The position numbers were made by a program, and so were the translations under genes. The notes beneath the pieces were generated by a model. That model ran no database searches and was not told the DNA's origin. It saw nothing but the letters and a program-made list of their open reading frames with translations. Shown one piece after another: positions 8,613 through 19,400 of a stretch of 59,120 nucleotides of DNA. This stretch comes from a virus. Lineage: Duplodnaviria; Caudoviricetes. Where the stretch lies: the IMG/VR virus record IMGVR_UViG_3300023180_000059, positions 1 to 59,120 of that record; one strand, 5' to 3'. Every line of letters begins with the position of its first letter. Positions within the stretch are counted from its first letter, which is position 1.

Positions 8613-9353
8613 ATGGCTAGTGTCAATGTCGTTTATAATACATTAAAAGATTTAGCGAATAAGGAGCAAAAAGGGTTTGTAACGCCTAGCGTATTCAACA
8701 ACTTTGCAGCCATCGCCCAAGTCAATGTTTTCAAAGACATCTACGCTTCTTCTAGCAAGGGGCTTGTAGATCGGGTAAGGCGTATAGACCCATCACGCAA
8801 CTTATCAAAAGTCAATAATGTAAAAGAAGATTTATCGGTTTTTTCTAAAACCTCAACTATAACAAAGTCGAATGGTGTATTTGCGAAGCCAGACGACCTT
8901 ATATATCTTATTGGTCTAACCACCAATGGATCAGTATTGCTTGGTCAAAGTACTCGTACCAACATTGAGATTGTATATGACGAGTCAAAGATTGACCACA
9001 TCTTGAAGAGCGATCTTTCTGCTCCTAGCGAGTCGCATCCTATTGCGCTAGTTTCGAGCGATATAGAGGTGTTCCCTTCAAGTGTAAATAAAATTAGAGT
9101 GTCCTACTATAAGTACCCTCAAGGCATTGTGCCTAACACGGGAGCGAAGTCGGTATCACTTCCTAGTTACCAATACAATACTTCGAGCGGTGTGCATGTA
9201 TTTGATGCTGCAAATAGTATTGATTTTGAATTGCCTGATCACTATGTACCAGAACTCGTGGTTGAGTTGGCTAAACTTATCGGCATCAACTTACGAGATA
9301 AAGATGTATTCGGATATGGTCAAGCGGAAGAACTTCAAAAAAAGACTAAATAA
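8613..9353 (+). CDS. Putative tail adaptor/ring protein
   Basis: ANKEQKGFVTPSVFN...FELP motifs; position between capsid and nozzle genes. Confidence 0.65.
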   Translation: MASVNVVYNTLKDLANKEQKGFVTPSVFNNFAAIAQVNVFKDIYASSSKGLVDRVRRIDPSRNLSKVNNVKEDLSVFSKTSTITKSNGVFAKPDDLIYLIGLTTNGSVLLGQSTRTNIEIVYDESKIDHILKSDLSAPSESHPIALVSSDIEVFPSSVNKIRVSYYKYPQGIVPNTGAKSVSLPSYQYNTSSGVHVFDAANSIDFELPDHYVPELVVELAKLIGINLRDKDVFGYGQAEELQKKTK

Positions 9354-10180
9354 TGGCTCGTAATTATACAACATTAGATCAGATTGTTTCGGACTATATT
9401 ATCACTATGGAGGGTGATGATTATGCTAACAATGTTTCCGATACACTGATCCGTACATACGCCAAGCGTGGTATTAGAGAGATGGGCTTTGACATGTCTA
9501 AAAAGTTACGCTCATTAAAGTTGTCTATCAACTCCGCAAACAATACTGTAGAACTGCCTGATGATTATGTTGACCTTGTTAAGTTAGGGGTTATTGGTGC
9601 GGATGGTCTTGTGTATGTGTATGGGGAAAACAAAAACTTACACATTGCTCAAAAATATGATGTAGACACCGGTGATGACCTAGTAGCAGCCAACGCTAGT
9701 GACAGTGATGGCGATGGCGTTTATGACCGAGTAGATGTTGATAGCCCCACAGTAGAGTATGATGGTCTTCGTGGCTATGACTCTTATGTGTTTAGAAACT
9801 ACCTATACGAAAATACAATGGGTGCTTTGTATGGACTTGGAGGTGGTGTGTACACAGGGGAATACCGAATTAACCTAGACCAAGATCGAATAGAGTTGAG
9901 TGCCTCCGATGATATTAGTGAGGTTGTTTTGGAATATGTTTGTGATGAAGCTCGTAGTACCAATCCTACTATCCATGTGTTTATGGAGTCTGCATTGAGA
10001 GCGTATATATATTTTAAAACCATCGAAAAGAAATCGGCAGTTCCATTAGGGGAAAAGGCTCGTGCTAGATCAGAATACTACAACGAAAGACGACTAGCCA
10101 ACTCAAGAATGAAAGCCTTTGGAAAGGATGAGGCACTTAAAACGATTCGTAAGAATTTTAAGCAATCACCTAAATTCTAA
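9353..10180 (+). CDS. Putative tail tubular/ring protein
   Basis: VELPDDYVD and LEYVCD motifs; coupled start/stop. Confidence 0.65.
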   Translation: MARNYTTLDQIVSDYIITMEGDDYANNVSDTLIRTYAKRGIREMGFDMSKKLRSLKLSINSANNTVELPDDYVDLVKLGVIGADGLVYVYGENKNLHIAQKYDVDTGDDLVAANASDSDGDGVYDRVDVDSPTVEYDGLRGYDSYVFRNYLYENTMGALYGLGGGVYTGEYRINLDQDRIELSASDDISEVVLEYVCDEARSTNPTIHVFMESALRAYIYFKTIEKKSAVPLGEKARARSEYYNERRLANSRMKAFGKDEALKTIRKNFKQSPKF

Positions 10181-13100
10181 TGATAAACAAGATTGTACCA
10201 CAATATCTCAACAAGTCAGATGACGAAAGACTAGTCCAGGCGGTTGAGATGACCAATGCAGAGAATATCCGCATATCGTCTGATGATGATGGCGATGCCG
10301 GTATATTGAAAACTATTAAGGGTAATACTGCTATTCGGGCTAAAGCAAGTGCTGATGAGTTTGCAGAGGAGTCTGGTATATATTCTGTAGTGGGTCAAGT
10401 GTCTATTCCCAAAAAGCAACAAGTAATTTATTTTGTCCGTGCTAAAACACCAAACAATAATGGCGGTGTGGATAGCATATATAGATACAATGTAGAAGGA
10501 GTAAACTACGAACTGCTCTTTAGAAGTAGTGTGTTGAACTTCCAAGCGGATACGCTTATCGAAGCCGATGTCACCTTCAATGATCAGGACGAAATGCTTC
10601 TTTACTTTACGGACGGATACAATCCTCCTCGTAAAATAAACATCGATCGATTGACGGCAAACGCCGACAAGATTTGGAAGGATAATACTGATCCCGATTA
10701 CTACACAGATGCGGAGCGTAATGAGTTTATCGAAGTGTGTAAAGCACCTCCTCTAGACCCTATTACATTTGATTATGTAACGGACTCGGACTACAAGCAA
10801 AACAACATAGACAAAAAGTCTTTTCAGTTTGCATACCAATACATTTATTTAGATGGCGAAGAGAGTTCCGTATCTACATATTCGGCGTTGGCTATAAACC
10901 CCAACACATATGGGGAGGGTATTGTAAACTCCAATTTCGTTATATACAACAATAAACTTACCTTGACTTTTACGAGTGGGAACTCGGAGGTTGAGAAGGT
11001 GCGTATACTTGCACGAAAAGGGGGGTCAACTGTTTTTTATAAAATCGGTGAAGTAGACAATCCAACTACTTCTACTGGTACCTTTGACTTCCTAAACGAT
11101 GGAGCATACCCTGCCGTGTCTGCCGCCGATATCGATAAGATATATGACAATGTACCACTCAAAGCAAACGCCCAATCAATATCAGGTAACCGCCTTATGT
11201 ATGGCGATTACATTGAGGGCTTTGACAACATCTCAATCAATGTAGAGTCCTCGGTAGTATACAGAGGTGTAGAAGACCCAGGCGTTATCACCGCTAGTAT
11301 TGAGAACCCTTCTTCGGGAGGACCAGTACATATCCTTCTTGATGGTAGTACCATGGAAAGCTCGTATGATGCAGGAGCAGTTATTGCTATTCGTGTTGTA
11401 TTGACTTCAACATCGGGTGCTATTATCAAGGTGCGTAAAAATTCTTCGGGATATCTATTTACCGATGACTTTGTAAACTCTACTCTAAACTTTGATTTTG
11501 GTATCGGTAAGTACAATGATGCTAACTTCCCAATAGATGTTCCTTTTTCTAATAAGTCTATTACTCTAGATGCATCTATACTTCTAGGTAGTACGATGAC
11601 AAGAGATGAAATTTTAGATGACCTTGCAAGTCAATTTGAATCTACCGATGACATCACCTATTCTCATACAGAAACACTTGTTGGGAGAGATGCGGTAATC
11701 ACCGCTGTTAATACGGACACTAACCCTTCTTCAATTGCCGTTGGAGACACAGTTGAAATTGGATTAGACTTCCCTAGTGTTGTGATTGAGTTTGACGAAG
11801 ACACTTCTTATAGTGTAACTGGAAAAAGAAAGATCGACCTAGACATAACAACACTTCAAGCCAAGGTTAGTGTAGATTCTCAAAGCAGAAGAGTTATTCA
11901 ATATAACGGAGGTAACGCTTCGGGATATGATACGAGAACGCCACAAACACAATCTATTGTAGTAGCCAATATTTATCATGTTAGCAAAACAGGATTTAGT
12001 CTTTCTACTACATTTAATTATGCCTACCAAGCGGGGATAAGTTCTTTCAAGACAAGCGCAATTCATAGTTTTGGTATTGTCTACTATGACAATAAGGGAA
12101 GGTCTTCTTTCGTTCAAAAAATTGATGGGGTTTATGTAGCAGGATTTGGCGAAACCGCTCGTGGTAGTAACAGGGGAGCAGCCCAAGTAAACCTTAAGAT
12201 TAAACATGACCCACCATCGTGGGCAACCAAGTATCAAATTGTTTACGGAGGTAACCAAACATATACCGACTTTGTACAGTATAGTGTTGCCGGAGCGCAC
12301 TACAAGAACAACCTTATATACCTAGACATATCTACCCTAGAGGGAAAAGATATGAGCTACAACAATGAAAAGAACACTGATCTAGAGTACACATTTACCG
12401 AGGGAGATACACTTCGTATTATATCTTATTATGATAGTAGTGAGACTCGCCAATACCTTGATGGCTACACCTTTGGTGTTATTAGGAAAGAGGTGGTCAC
12501 GGACTCTACCGAAGTAACTCCTAATAGGGCTTCTACATATGTAGTTATTCGTGATGAGGATTATGGTACAAAGCCCCTTGACGACTTTAATCTTGCCGAT
12601 GTAAAAGCAGGAAACGATAAGTGGGGACAGCGTGTGATTGTAGAAATCGCATCTCCAAAGACTGTCGAGAATGATACAGTCTACTACGAGATGGGAGCGG
12701 TTTACGACATTACTAGTGGGGCGCATGTTGGTGATAGTACCGATGGCGGATACCCTGTTGTTGAACTTATCCAGGGCGATGTGTACTTTAAGCCTAGACA
12801 CATATTACTATCCGCTTTCGATAGCGGTAGCAGTGAGTACGATTGGGACGACTATGCATCATACGACTTTGATGTGTTGTATGTAGAGTCGGATTCTTTT
12901 AGCGACTTTGTCGATTCCAATTATACTAATAAAGGTAGACCACACGCAATCTTTGAGGAGGCTCGTGAAGTACGCCGTAGGTCAAGCATCACATATTCTG
13001 ATCCATATGTTATGGATAGTAGTGTGCTAACACTTTCTTCTTTCAATTCTTCTACGGCAAACTTTATGGATTATGATGTTCGCCATGGAAAGATCGACAA

Positions 13101-14301
13101 GCTCGTGGATCAGACCGATAGGCTATACATCTTCCAAGAACATAAGGTGGGTTTTGCGCCAGTACAAAGACAACTGCTCGAAACATTAACCAACGGCAAT
13201 GTGGTCGTGAGCAACAATGTGTTGGGTACGGCATCATACTATGCCGGAGACTTTGGCTCTAGTGGATACCCTGGGGCTGTTGTTGACCGCTTCGGTATGA
13301 TGTACTATGTAGATGTAAAGGCTCAAAAAGTTCTTCGCATTTCTCGTGATGGTATCACTCCTATTAGCGATAAGAAAATGGATTCTTTCTTTGATAAAGA
13401 ATTGTCTTCATATATATCTCAAACAGGCAAGACAGAATATGATATCGTTGCAGGCTACGACCCTGATAATGACGAGTACTTGCTCACAGTAAAGAATCGT
13501 GGTTCTTTTACTACATTCACTATAGCATACGACCATAAGCGTGGGAACTGGACCTCGTTCTATTCTTTCAAACCTGATCTATACACAAACATTAACGACA
13601 AGTTCTTGTCATTTAATGGTTCGGCAGTAGTGGGGGCAAGACAGGAGATTCTATGGGAGCATGGCGCAAATTCTAGTTATGGTAGTTTCTATGGTACTAG
13701 TTACCCTGCGAAGTTCTCGGTGATTTCGAACCTAGACCCTAGTGCGGTAAAATCATATGATGCTATTAGTATTGAGGGTAGTAACGCATGGTCTGCTACT
13801 TTGTCTACTAGTGATCAGCAGACAACCATTGCCGTAGCGGATTACGATGAGCGTGAGCGTGAGTTCGTAGCATTTGTGCCTAGAGATACATTGAACTCTA
13901 CCGCAAACTACATTGTAGTAGGGACAGTTGATTCTGTAGACTCGGCTAATACAGGTGTAACATTTAAGGCAAGAATCAATACACAACCGCTCCCTATAGG
14001 CTCTGATCTATACTATGACAATGGCGGTACACTTACGAGCCTATCTCAAACACTTACTAGTGTTAACTCCTCAAAGAAGTTGACCGCTAGTGGTAATGTA
14101 TCCACCCTTTCGGACGGCGATGTTGTGTTACTCAAACTAAACGCAAAAGATGAGGGCGATCAGTTGAGGGACAATTATTGTAAGATGGACTTTGAGTCTA
14201 CACACTACTCATCAAAAGTAGAATTGTTTGCTGTGAATATGCACTTTAATAACGAAAGTCTTCATAGTAATTTAGGGCAACAAAGTGTTGCAAAGAAATA
14301 A
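10180..14301 (+). CDS. Tail nozzle/stabilization protein (P22 gp10-like role)
   Basis: 1373 aa, beta-rich; LNKSDDERLV...NIRI N-terminus, FTDGYNPPRKIN, WTSFYSFKP. Confidence 0.7.
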   Translation: MINKIVPQYLNKSDDERLVQAVEMTNAENIRISSDDDGDAGILKTIKGNTAIRAKASADEFAEESGIYSVVGQVSIPKKQQVIYFVRAKTPNNNGGVDSIYRYNVEGVNYELLFRSSVLNFQADTLIEADVTFNDQDEMLLYFTDGYNPPRKINIDRLTANADKIWKDNTDPDYYTDAERNEFIEVCKAPPLDPITFDYVTDSDYKQNNIDKKSFQFAYQYIYLDGEESSVSTYSALAINPNTYGEGIVNSNFVIYNNKLTLTFTSGNSEVEKVRILARKGGSTVFYKIGEVDNPTTSTGTFDFLNDGAYPAVSAADIDKIYDNVPLKANAQSISGNRLMYGDYIEGFDNISINVESSVVYRGVEDPGVITASIENPSSGGPVHILLDGSTMESSYDAGAVIAIRVVLTSTSGAIIKVRKNSSGYLFTDDFVNSTLNFDFGIGKYNDANFPIDVPFSNKSITLDASILLGSTMTRDEILDDLASQFESTDDITYSHTETLVGRDAVITAVNTDTNPSSIAVGDTVEIGLDFPSVVIEFDEDTSYSVTGKRKIDLDITTLQAKVSVDSQSRRVIQYNGGNASGYDTRTPQTQSIVVANIYHVSKTGFSLSTTFNYAYQAGISSFKTSAIHSFGIVYYDNKGRSSFVQKIDGVYVAGFGETARGSNRGAAQVNLKIKHDPPSWATKYQIVYGGNQTYTDFVQYSVAGAHYKNNLIYLDISTLEGKDMSYNNEKNTDLEYTFTEGDTLRIISYYDSSETRQYLDGYTFGVIRKEVVTDSTEVTPNRASTYVVIRDEDYGTKPLDDFNLADVKAGNDKWGQRVIVEIASPKTVENDTVYYEMGAVYDITSGAHVGDSTDGGYPVVELIQGDVYFKPRHILLSAFDSGSSEYDWDDYASYDFDVLYVESDSFSDFVDSNYTNKGRPHAIFEEAREVRRRSSITYSDPYVMDSSVLTLSSFNSSTANFMDYDVRHGKIDKLVDQTDRLYIFQEHKVGFAPVQRQLLETLTNGNVVVSNNVLGTASYYAGDFGSSGYPGAVVDRFGMMYYVDVKAQKVLRISRDGITPISDKKMDSFFDKELSSYISQTGKTEYDIVAGYDPDNDEYLLTVKNRGSFTTFTIAYDHKRGNWTSFYSFKPDLYTNINDKFLSFNGSAVVGARQEILWEHGANSSYGSFYGTSYPAKFSVISNLDPSAVKSYDAISIEGSNAWSATLSTSDQQTTIAVADYDEREREFVAFVPRDTLNSTANYIVVGTVDSVDSANTGVTFKARINTQPLPIGSDLYYDNGGTLTSLSQTLTSVNSSKKLTASGNVSTLSDGDVVLLKLNAKDEGDQLRDNYCKMDFESTHYSSKVELFAVNMHFNNESLHSNLGQQSVAKK

Positions 14302-14302
14302 T

Positions 14303-14310
14303 TAACTTTG
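14303..14310 (+). promoter_or_regulatory. Bacteroidetes -7 promoter TAACTTTG
   Basis: TAnnTTTG upstream of 14327. Confidence 0.6.
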
Positions 14311-14326
14311 TAAATTATAACTCATT

Positions 14327-15142
14327 ATGGATCCAATAACAATTGCAGCCCTAGCCACAGTTAACCTAGCCACAACGGGTTACCAAATGTACATGGGTAA
14401 CAAAGAGGCGAATAAGGCAGCGGAAGCCGAAAAACAACTTCGTGATCAGGGTCTTCCAAAGATGGAGACCCCCGAAGAGTACTTTGACCTATACGAAAAA
14501 TATAAGGAAGGGAAGGCTTCGCAGTTAGCGATTGAAAACGCTCAAATGAATTTCGCTAATGTGAGCGATACATTGATGAAGGGCGGAGGCGCAAGGGGAG
14601 CTCAAAGTTTGTTACAAGCATCTCGCCAAAACACACAAGATATTTACGGAATTGCTGCGACTCAAGAAGAGAGAGAGTTAATGGGCTTGGAAAAACTAGC
14701 GAATGCCCAAATGACTACGAATCAAATCAACACGCAAAACGAGGCGAACCTATTCATGAACGACCTTGCAGGCACACAGGCAGCCTACCAAGCAGGAAAG
14801 CAAATGCAGGCAAGTGCATTAAACCAACTAGGGGCAACAGCGACAACTGCTCTAATGGGCAATGCACAAATGCAAAACAATCTAGATGTTGCTAACGCTA
14901 AACGGCAAAACCCGAGCGGTAAGCACGGCATGAAGACCCCAGGTGAGTTTAGCCATGAAGAGAATCCTATTGACCTAGTCCAAAATGGTAAGAAGATTGG
15001 TGAGGCTACAGGAGGTGAATACATATTTAATCCCGAGCAGTCGGAAAAGATGAGAGAATTAGCGGAAGCGGAAAAGTCTCCCCTATCTAAATATGTTATT
15101 GGTCTCTTAAATAAATTTGATAACCAAGCGAAAAAGCGATGA
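14327..15142 (+). CDS. Putative internal virion/ejection protein
   Basis: MDPITIAAL hydrophobic start, Ala/Gln-rich helices, C-terminal GEFSHEENP...GGEYIFNP domain. Confidence 0.6.
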   Translation: MDPITIAALATVNLATTGYQMYMGNKEANKAAEAEKQLRDQGLPKMETPEEYFDLYEKYKEGKASQLAIENAQMNFANVSDTLMKGGGARGAQSLLQASRQNTQDIYGIAATQEERELMGLEKLANAQMTTNQINTQNEANLFMNDLAGTQAAYQAGKQMQASALNQLGATATTALMGNAQMQNNLDVANAKRQNPSGKHGMKTPGEFSHEENPIDLVQNGKKIGEATGGEYIFNPEQSEKMRELAEAEKSPLSKYVIGLLNKFDNQAKKR

Positions 15143-16437
15143 GCCTATTAAGTAAACCACTAGACTATAGTTCAGGTACTGCAAAGGCGACAATCGAGGG
15201 TATCCGTAGTCAACTAGAAACGCAACAACGCCGTATCAAAGAGAACGAGCGTGAGCAACAACGATTAGATCAGATTAGCTCAAATATTCAAGGGCAGTTT
15301 TCTGCTATGCGTGGAGGTTTGTCATCTCTAGACCCTGGGAGTAAAAAGATTTTTCAAGAAGGACACATGAAAGCATATGAGACCGAACTTAATAATTGGT
15401 CTCAAAACCCTACACAAGAAAACTTGAATAGGCTCAACACTGTAGTAGCGGGAGCAAAAGAGTTTTTAAAGATTGCCCCGGCTGCATATAGTTCGGACAA
15501 CAACACCCTTATCAATGGGGTGATGAACTACGACAAGTACCAACAAGATCCGGACGAAATGAGAAGTATGTTCGAACAAAAGTGGGGTGGTGAAGTCAAT
15601 GTTCGTTACAATGATGAGACAATGCAAGTTGAAATTGTTGATGCTTCTAATGGTCAAGAAAATTGGGGTAGTGTTTATGGTGGTCGTTATAAGCCTAGTG
15701 AAGAAAACGCTTTGACATTCACACCGAAGAACAACTTCAACTTTACAAGTTCTCAAGACTATGCTTACACCAAGGGTCGCCCAGCCATTGCCGCAGGAAA
15801 CCCCGAACTCTTTGGTAAGAACTTTAGTGCAGAGGTACAATCTAATGATGACCTTAAGAAGAGTATTGCTATACAGTATGGGATGACGTTTAATCTAGAC
15901 CCACAAACTGTAATGGCTGACCCTGAACTATGGGAGACTGCTCAAACAATGTACCTCGAAGATGCTCAAGGAACACTATCTGAAATCGTTGCGGAAAACG
16001 AAAGACAGAAAAGGGATGCTGCTTCTAGAAGCCGAACTAAAAAATATGCGGGTACACGAACAGTTGACTTTAGTGGGACATCTGTAAAACTCGATCAACT
16101 AGCATCGCCTCCACTATTAACAATTCGAGGCGAATACGATGATGATGGTGAAGCGGAAGTTAATAAAGTTCGTTTAGAAGCGTATAAGATAGAAGGTGGA
16201 GAATTGTATGTAGATATAGTCAATATATCATATCAATTTGTTGACATGAGCGGTAATCCTCTTTCGGGGTCTGCACTAGCGGATGCTCAAGCAGACTATG
16301 CTGGTCTTAAGGATATGATTAATAGCAGTTATCAAATAAAAAAGCGTGAGGTTTCACAATTAAAACAAGTTACTGATCCTACCGAACTGTCTGCTTACAT
16401 GAGTGAACTTAAAAGAGCGGGATTAAAAACAAACTAA
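15139..16437 (+). CDS. Putative internal virion/ejection protein
   Basis: Helical coiled-coil protein lying between other ejection genes. Confidence 0.55.
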   Translation: MSLLSKPLDYSSGTAKATIEGIRSQLETQQRRIKENEREQQRLDQISSNIQGQFSAMRGGLSSLDPGSKKIFQEGHMKAYETELNNWSQNPTQENLNRLNTVVAGAKEFLKIAPAAYSSDNNTLINGVMNYDKYQQDPDEMRSMFEQKWGGEVNVRYNDETMQVEIVDASNGQENWGSVYGGRYKPSEENALTFTPKNNFNFTSSQDYAYTKGRPAIAAGNPELFGKNFSAEVQSNDDLKKSIAIQYGMTFNLDPQTVMADPELWETAQTMYLEDAQGTLSEIVAENERQKRDAASRSRTKKYAGTRTVDFSGTSVKLDQLASPPLLTIRGEYDDDGEAEVNKVRLEAYKIEGGELYVDIVNISYQFVDMSGNPLSGSALADAQADYAGLKDMINSSYQIKKREVSQLKQVTDPTELSAYMSELKRAGLKTN

Positions 16438-16441
16438 TAGA

Positions 16442-19400
16442 ATGAACGAAGAAATTCTAGAATATCTACGAGGTCAATTTGGTGACGACTACTTTAACAT
16501 TGACACTCAAGAAGCCTTAACCGACTATGAGAACACTGTTCTTCGTAGGGGCATTATGGCTGGTTACGACCTAGGTGAGTTGCGACCCGCCTTGGAAGAA
16601 CTTCGTGTTGAATTAGTAAAAAAAAAAGAAAGTCAACAAGAGGTTTTTCAATCTTCACAAGACCTCTATCAACAAGCAGTCGAAGAGACTGGGTTTTCGA
16701 AATCGGAAGACTCACCATACGCTGGAGGTCTAGGCTATGATTATAGCGGTACTCGAACATTAGAAAAACTTGACGGAAGTGCTGCCGAGCAAAAGGTAGC
16801 CAATGACGAACTAGATGCTTTAGCCAAGGATGTAGAAAACGCTCAATATGATCAGGCATATCAAACATTTAAGTACCTAGGTTATTCCGATGAAAAGGCA
16901 TCTGAATCTGTAGGCAACCTACACAACATGGCTATTGAGCAGGGTCAACCCATAGGTCAGGTAATGAATAACCTTTACCTTATGGATTTCCGTACTGGGT
17001 TTGAGCAGTACAAAGACGATCTCAATGTGGAAAATGCTGATCGTTATAGGACTATCGTTGATTTTGGGGCTGCCTCACAAGAGGCTACGAATGTAGCGTA
17101 TTGGCTAGATAAAGGCGTTGATATCGATGGTGCTTCAGAAGAACTTGGAATATCTATCAAGTCTCATGATGTATTTCATGAGGACTATCTAACCCCAGGA
17201 GAAGACTACTTTTCTTTTTGGCTAATCGATGAAGAGTCCGCACCTGGTGAAAAGACGGGGGTATACAACGACCTCAAAAGATTTTACAATCGTGCTGCGA
17301 TTAGCAAGATGCAGGCAGATATGCTCGACCCTGTCATGCCTTTGTCCGAAGTAGATTTTGAGCGACTTGCATACTACCAAAAGTTGATGCGTGAAAACCA
17401 TCAAGTTGAATGGGACACAGACAACGCATTCCTTGAAGGTGTTGACATTGTTTTATCTAGTGTTGTATCTCCTATCTTCGAATCCGCTGCGGCGATGTGG
17501 GCAGGGGCTGCAACGAACCCACTTACCTATATGGGTGCGCTTACTGGCGCAGGTACTTTTGTTGGTTTTGGTGCAGAGGGTCTTGCTCTTGAATACTCCT
17601 CTAAAGTATTAGAAGTCTTTAGTGAGTTAGGATACGACACAGCAAACCCCGCTCAACTAGCCAAAGCCTTTGAAAACCCAGAGGTCATGAAGGAAGCTCG
17701 TAATAGAGGTTTGGCTAAAGGTATCCCTATCGCTATTGTAGATGCTATTAGTGCAGGTACAGCAAGTGCTGTATACAAAAACATTATCAAGCAAGGGTAT
17801 AGAAGGTTTACCACATATGCCCTCGCAGAAGGTGCGGAAGGTTTAATGGGTGCTGGTGGTGAAGCATTAGGGCAGTTGGTAGAGACTGGGGAAATCTATG
17901 ATGTGAAGGGAATCGCCTTGGAATTCCTAGGTCAAGGTATACAAACCGCTCCTATAAAAGCCTACACTGCTATCAAGAATAAGGATATGAGTCAAGCGGA
18001 AAGAGACTATCTACGCTTTGCCGTCCTTAATCAGGATGCTCACGAACTTACTACCGCTGCGTCTTCAATGAACTTCAACGAAGTACAAGCAATTAATAAA
18101 AAGATTAAAGAGCAAAGACAGGCTGCTCGTAAGGCGAAGAGTAAAGAGGCTCGTGCAACACACCGCCAAAACGCTCGTCAACTTCAACAACAAAAATACG
18201 AGACACTCAATCGTAATCTAGAGACATTACAAAACCTGCCTGAAAACAAGCGTAAGAAAGTTGTAGAACTTACCGAACGCATGAACGACCATGCTATTGA
18301 ACTTAAGCGATTTAAAAAGGGAGACCCCGGTCGCACGGCAGTCATTGAAGAGATAGGTAAGATATATGGTCAAATTAATGACATCGTAAAAGGTCGTAAG
18401 CCTCGTGAGACTCCAATGGGATCAGAGGTTGCTCCTAATGTAAACCCAACTCCAGTAGATGGGGTGACCCCGGTACCGGGCGCACCTACAGTTGAGGAAG
18501 CATCAACTCCAACAATCACAGAACTAGACGGACAACAAGCCGTGGTAAAACTGCCTAGTGGAATCACTCGTGGTTTAGTTACTATTGACGAGGGTGGTAA
18601 GGTTACTATTGAGGATGCAAAAGGAAATGTAACAGAGCTAGGTAATGTTCAAGATATTGGTGAGCAGTCTCTTGAAGAGGCGGGGTTTGGTTCATTCTTG
18701 TCCGAGCTAAATGAAGACGGATCGTTCTCAATCCGTGGAAAACAATACACTGCTCCTCGTGGTAAGAAGTCAGTAAACCTCAATGAGAATGGAGAGGTTG
18801 TTAGTGTTACCCTAAAGGATTCGAAAGGTCGTAACCGAACCTTCCGTGGTGAGGTTGCCCAAGAGATTGCTTACTTATTTAGTCAACCACAATCTAAACA
18901 AGAAGACACTCGTAGTATTGAGGAGATTATTGTTGAGACAAGTGAAGAGGCTAATGGCGGTCCAGCGGTAGAGACAGTAGAAGAGGTTCAAGGACAAGAT
19001 GAAACTGTAACCCCTAGCGATGAGACTCCCCCGATCCCACAACAAGAAAAGCCTGAACTACCGAAGCCGGCATTGTCTTCTCCCGTGCGTACCATTAGCC
19101 CACGCAATGGTATCTCGGAACGAGTTGCTTCAATAGTCAATGGTCTTGTATCGGCATTGAGTGGTAATATTGGTAAGGATGTACGGATGGTCTTTTGGAA
19201 TAATACTGAAGACCTTAATAATGCCTTGGGTCAAAATGGACTAGAAGCATTCTATGATTTTAGAACCAATACTATACACTTAACTATCGATGCTACGGAT
19301 GCAGTGATTCGTGAAGAGTTTGCTCACGCTGGTTTCGGAGGCATCATGTCGGACGACAAGGTTCGTGGAAGACTATACCAAGAGGTAAGAGACCTCGCCA

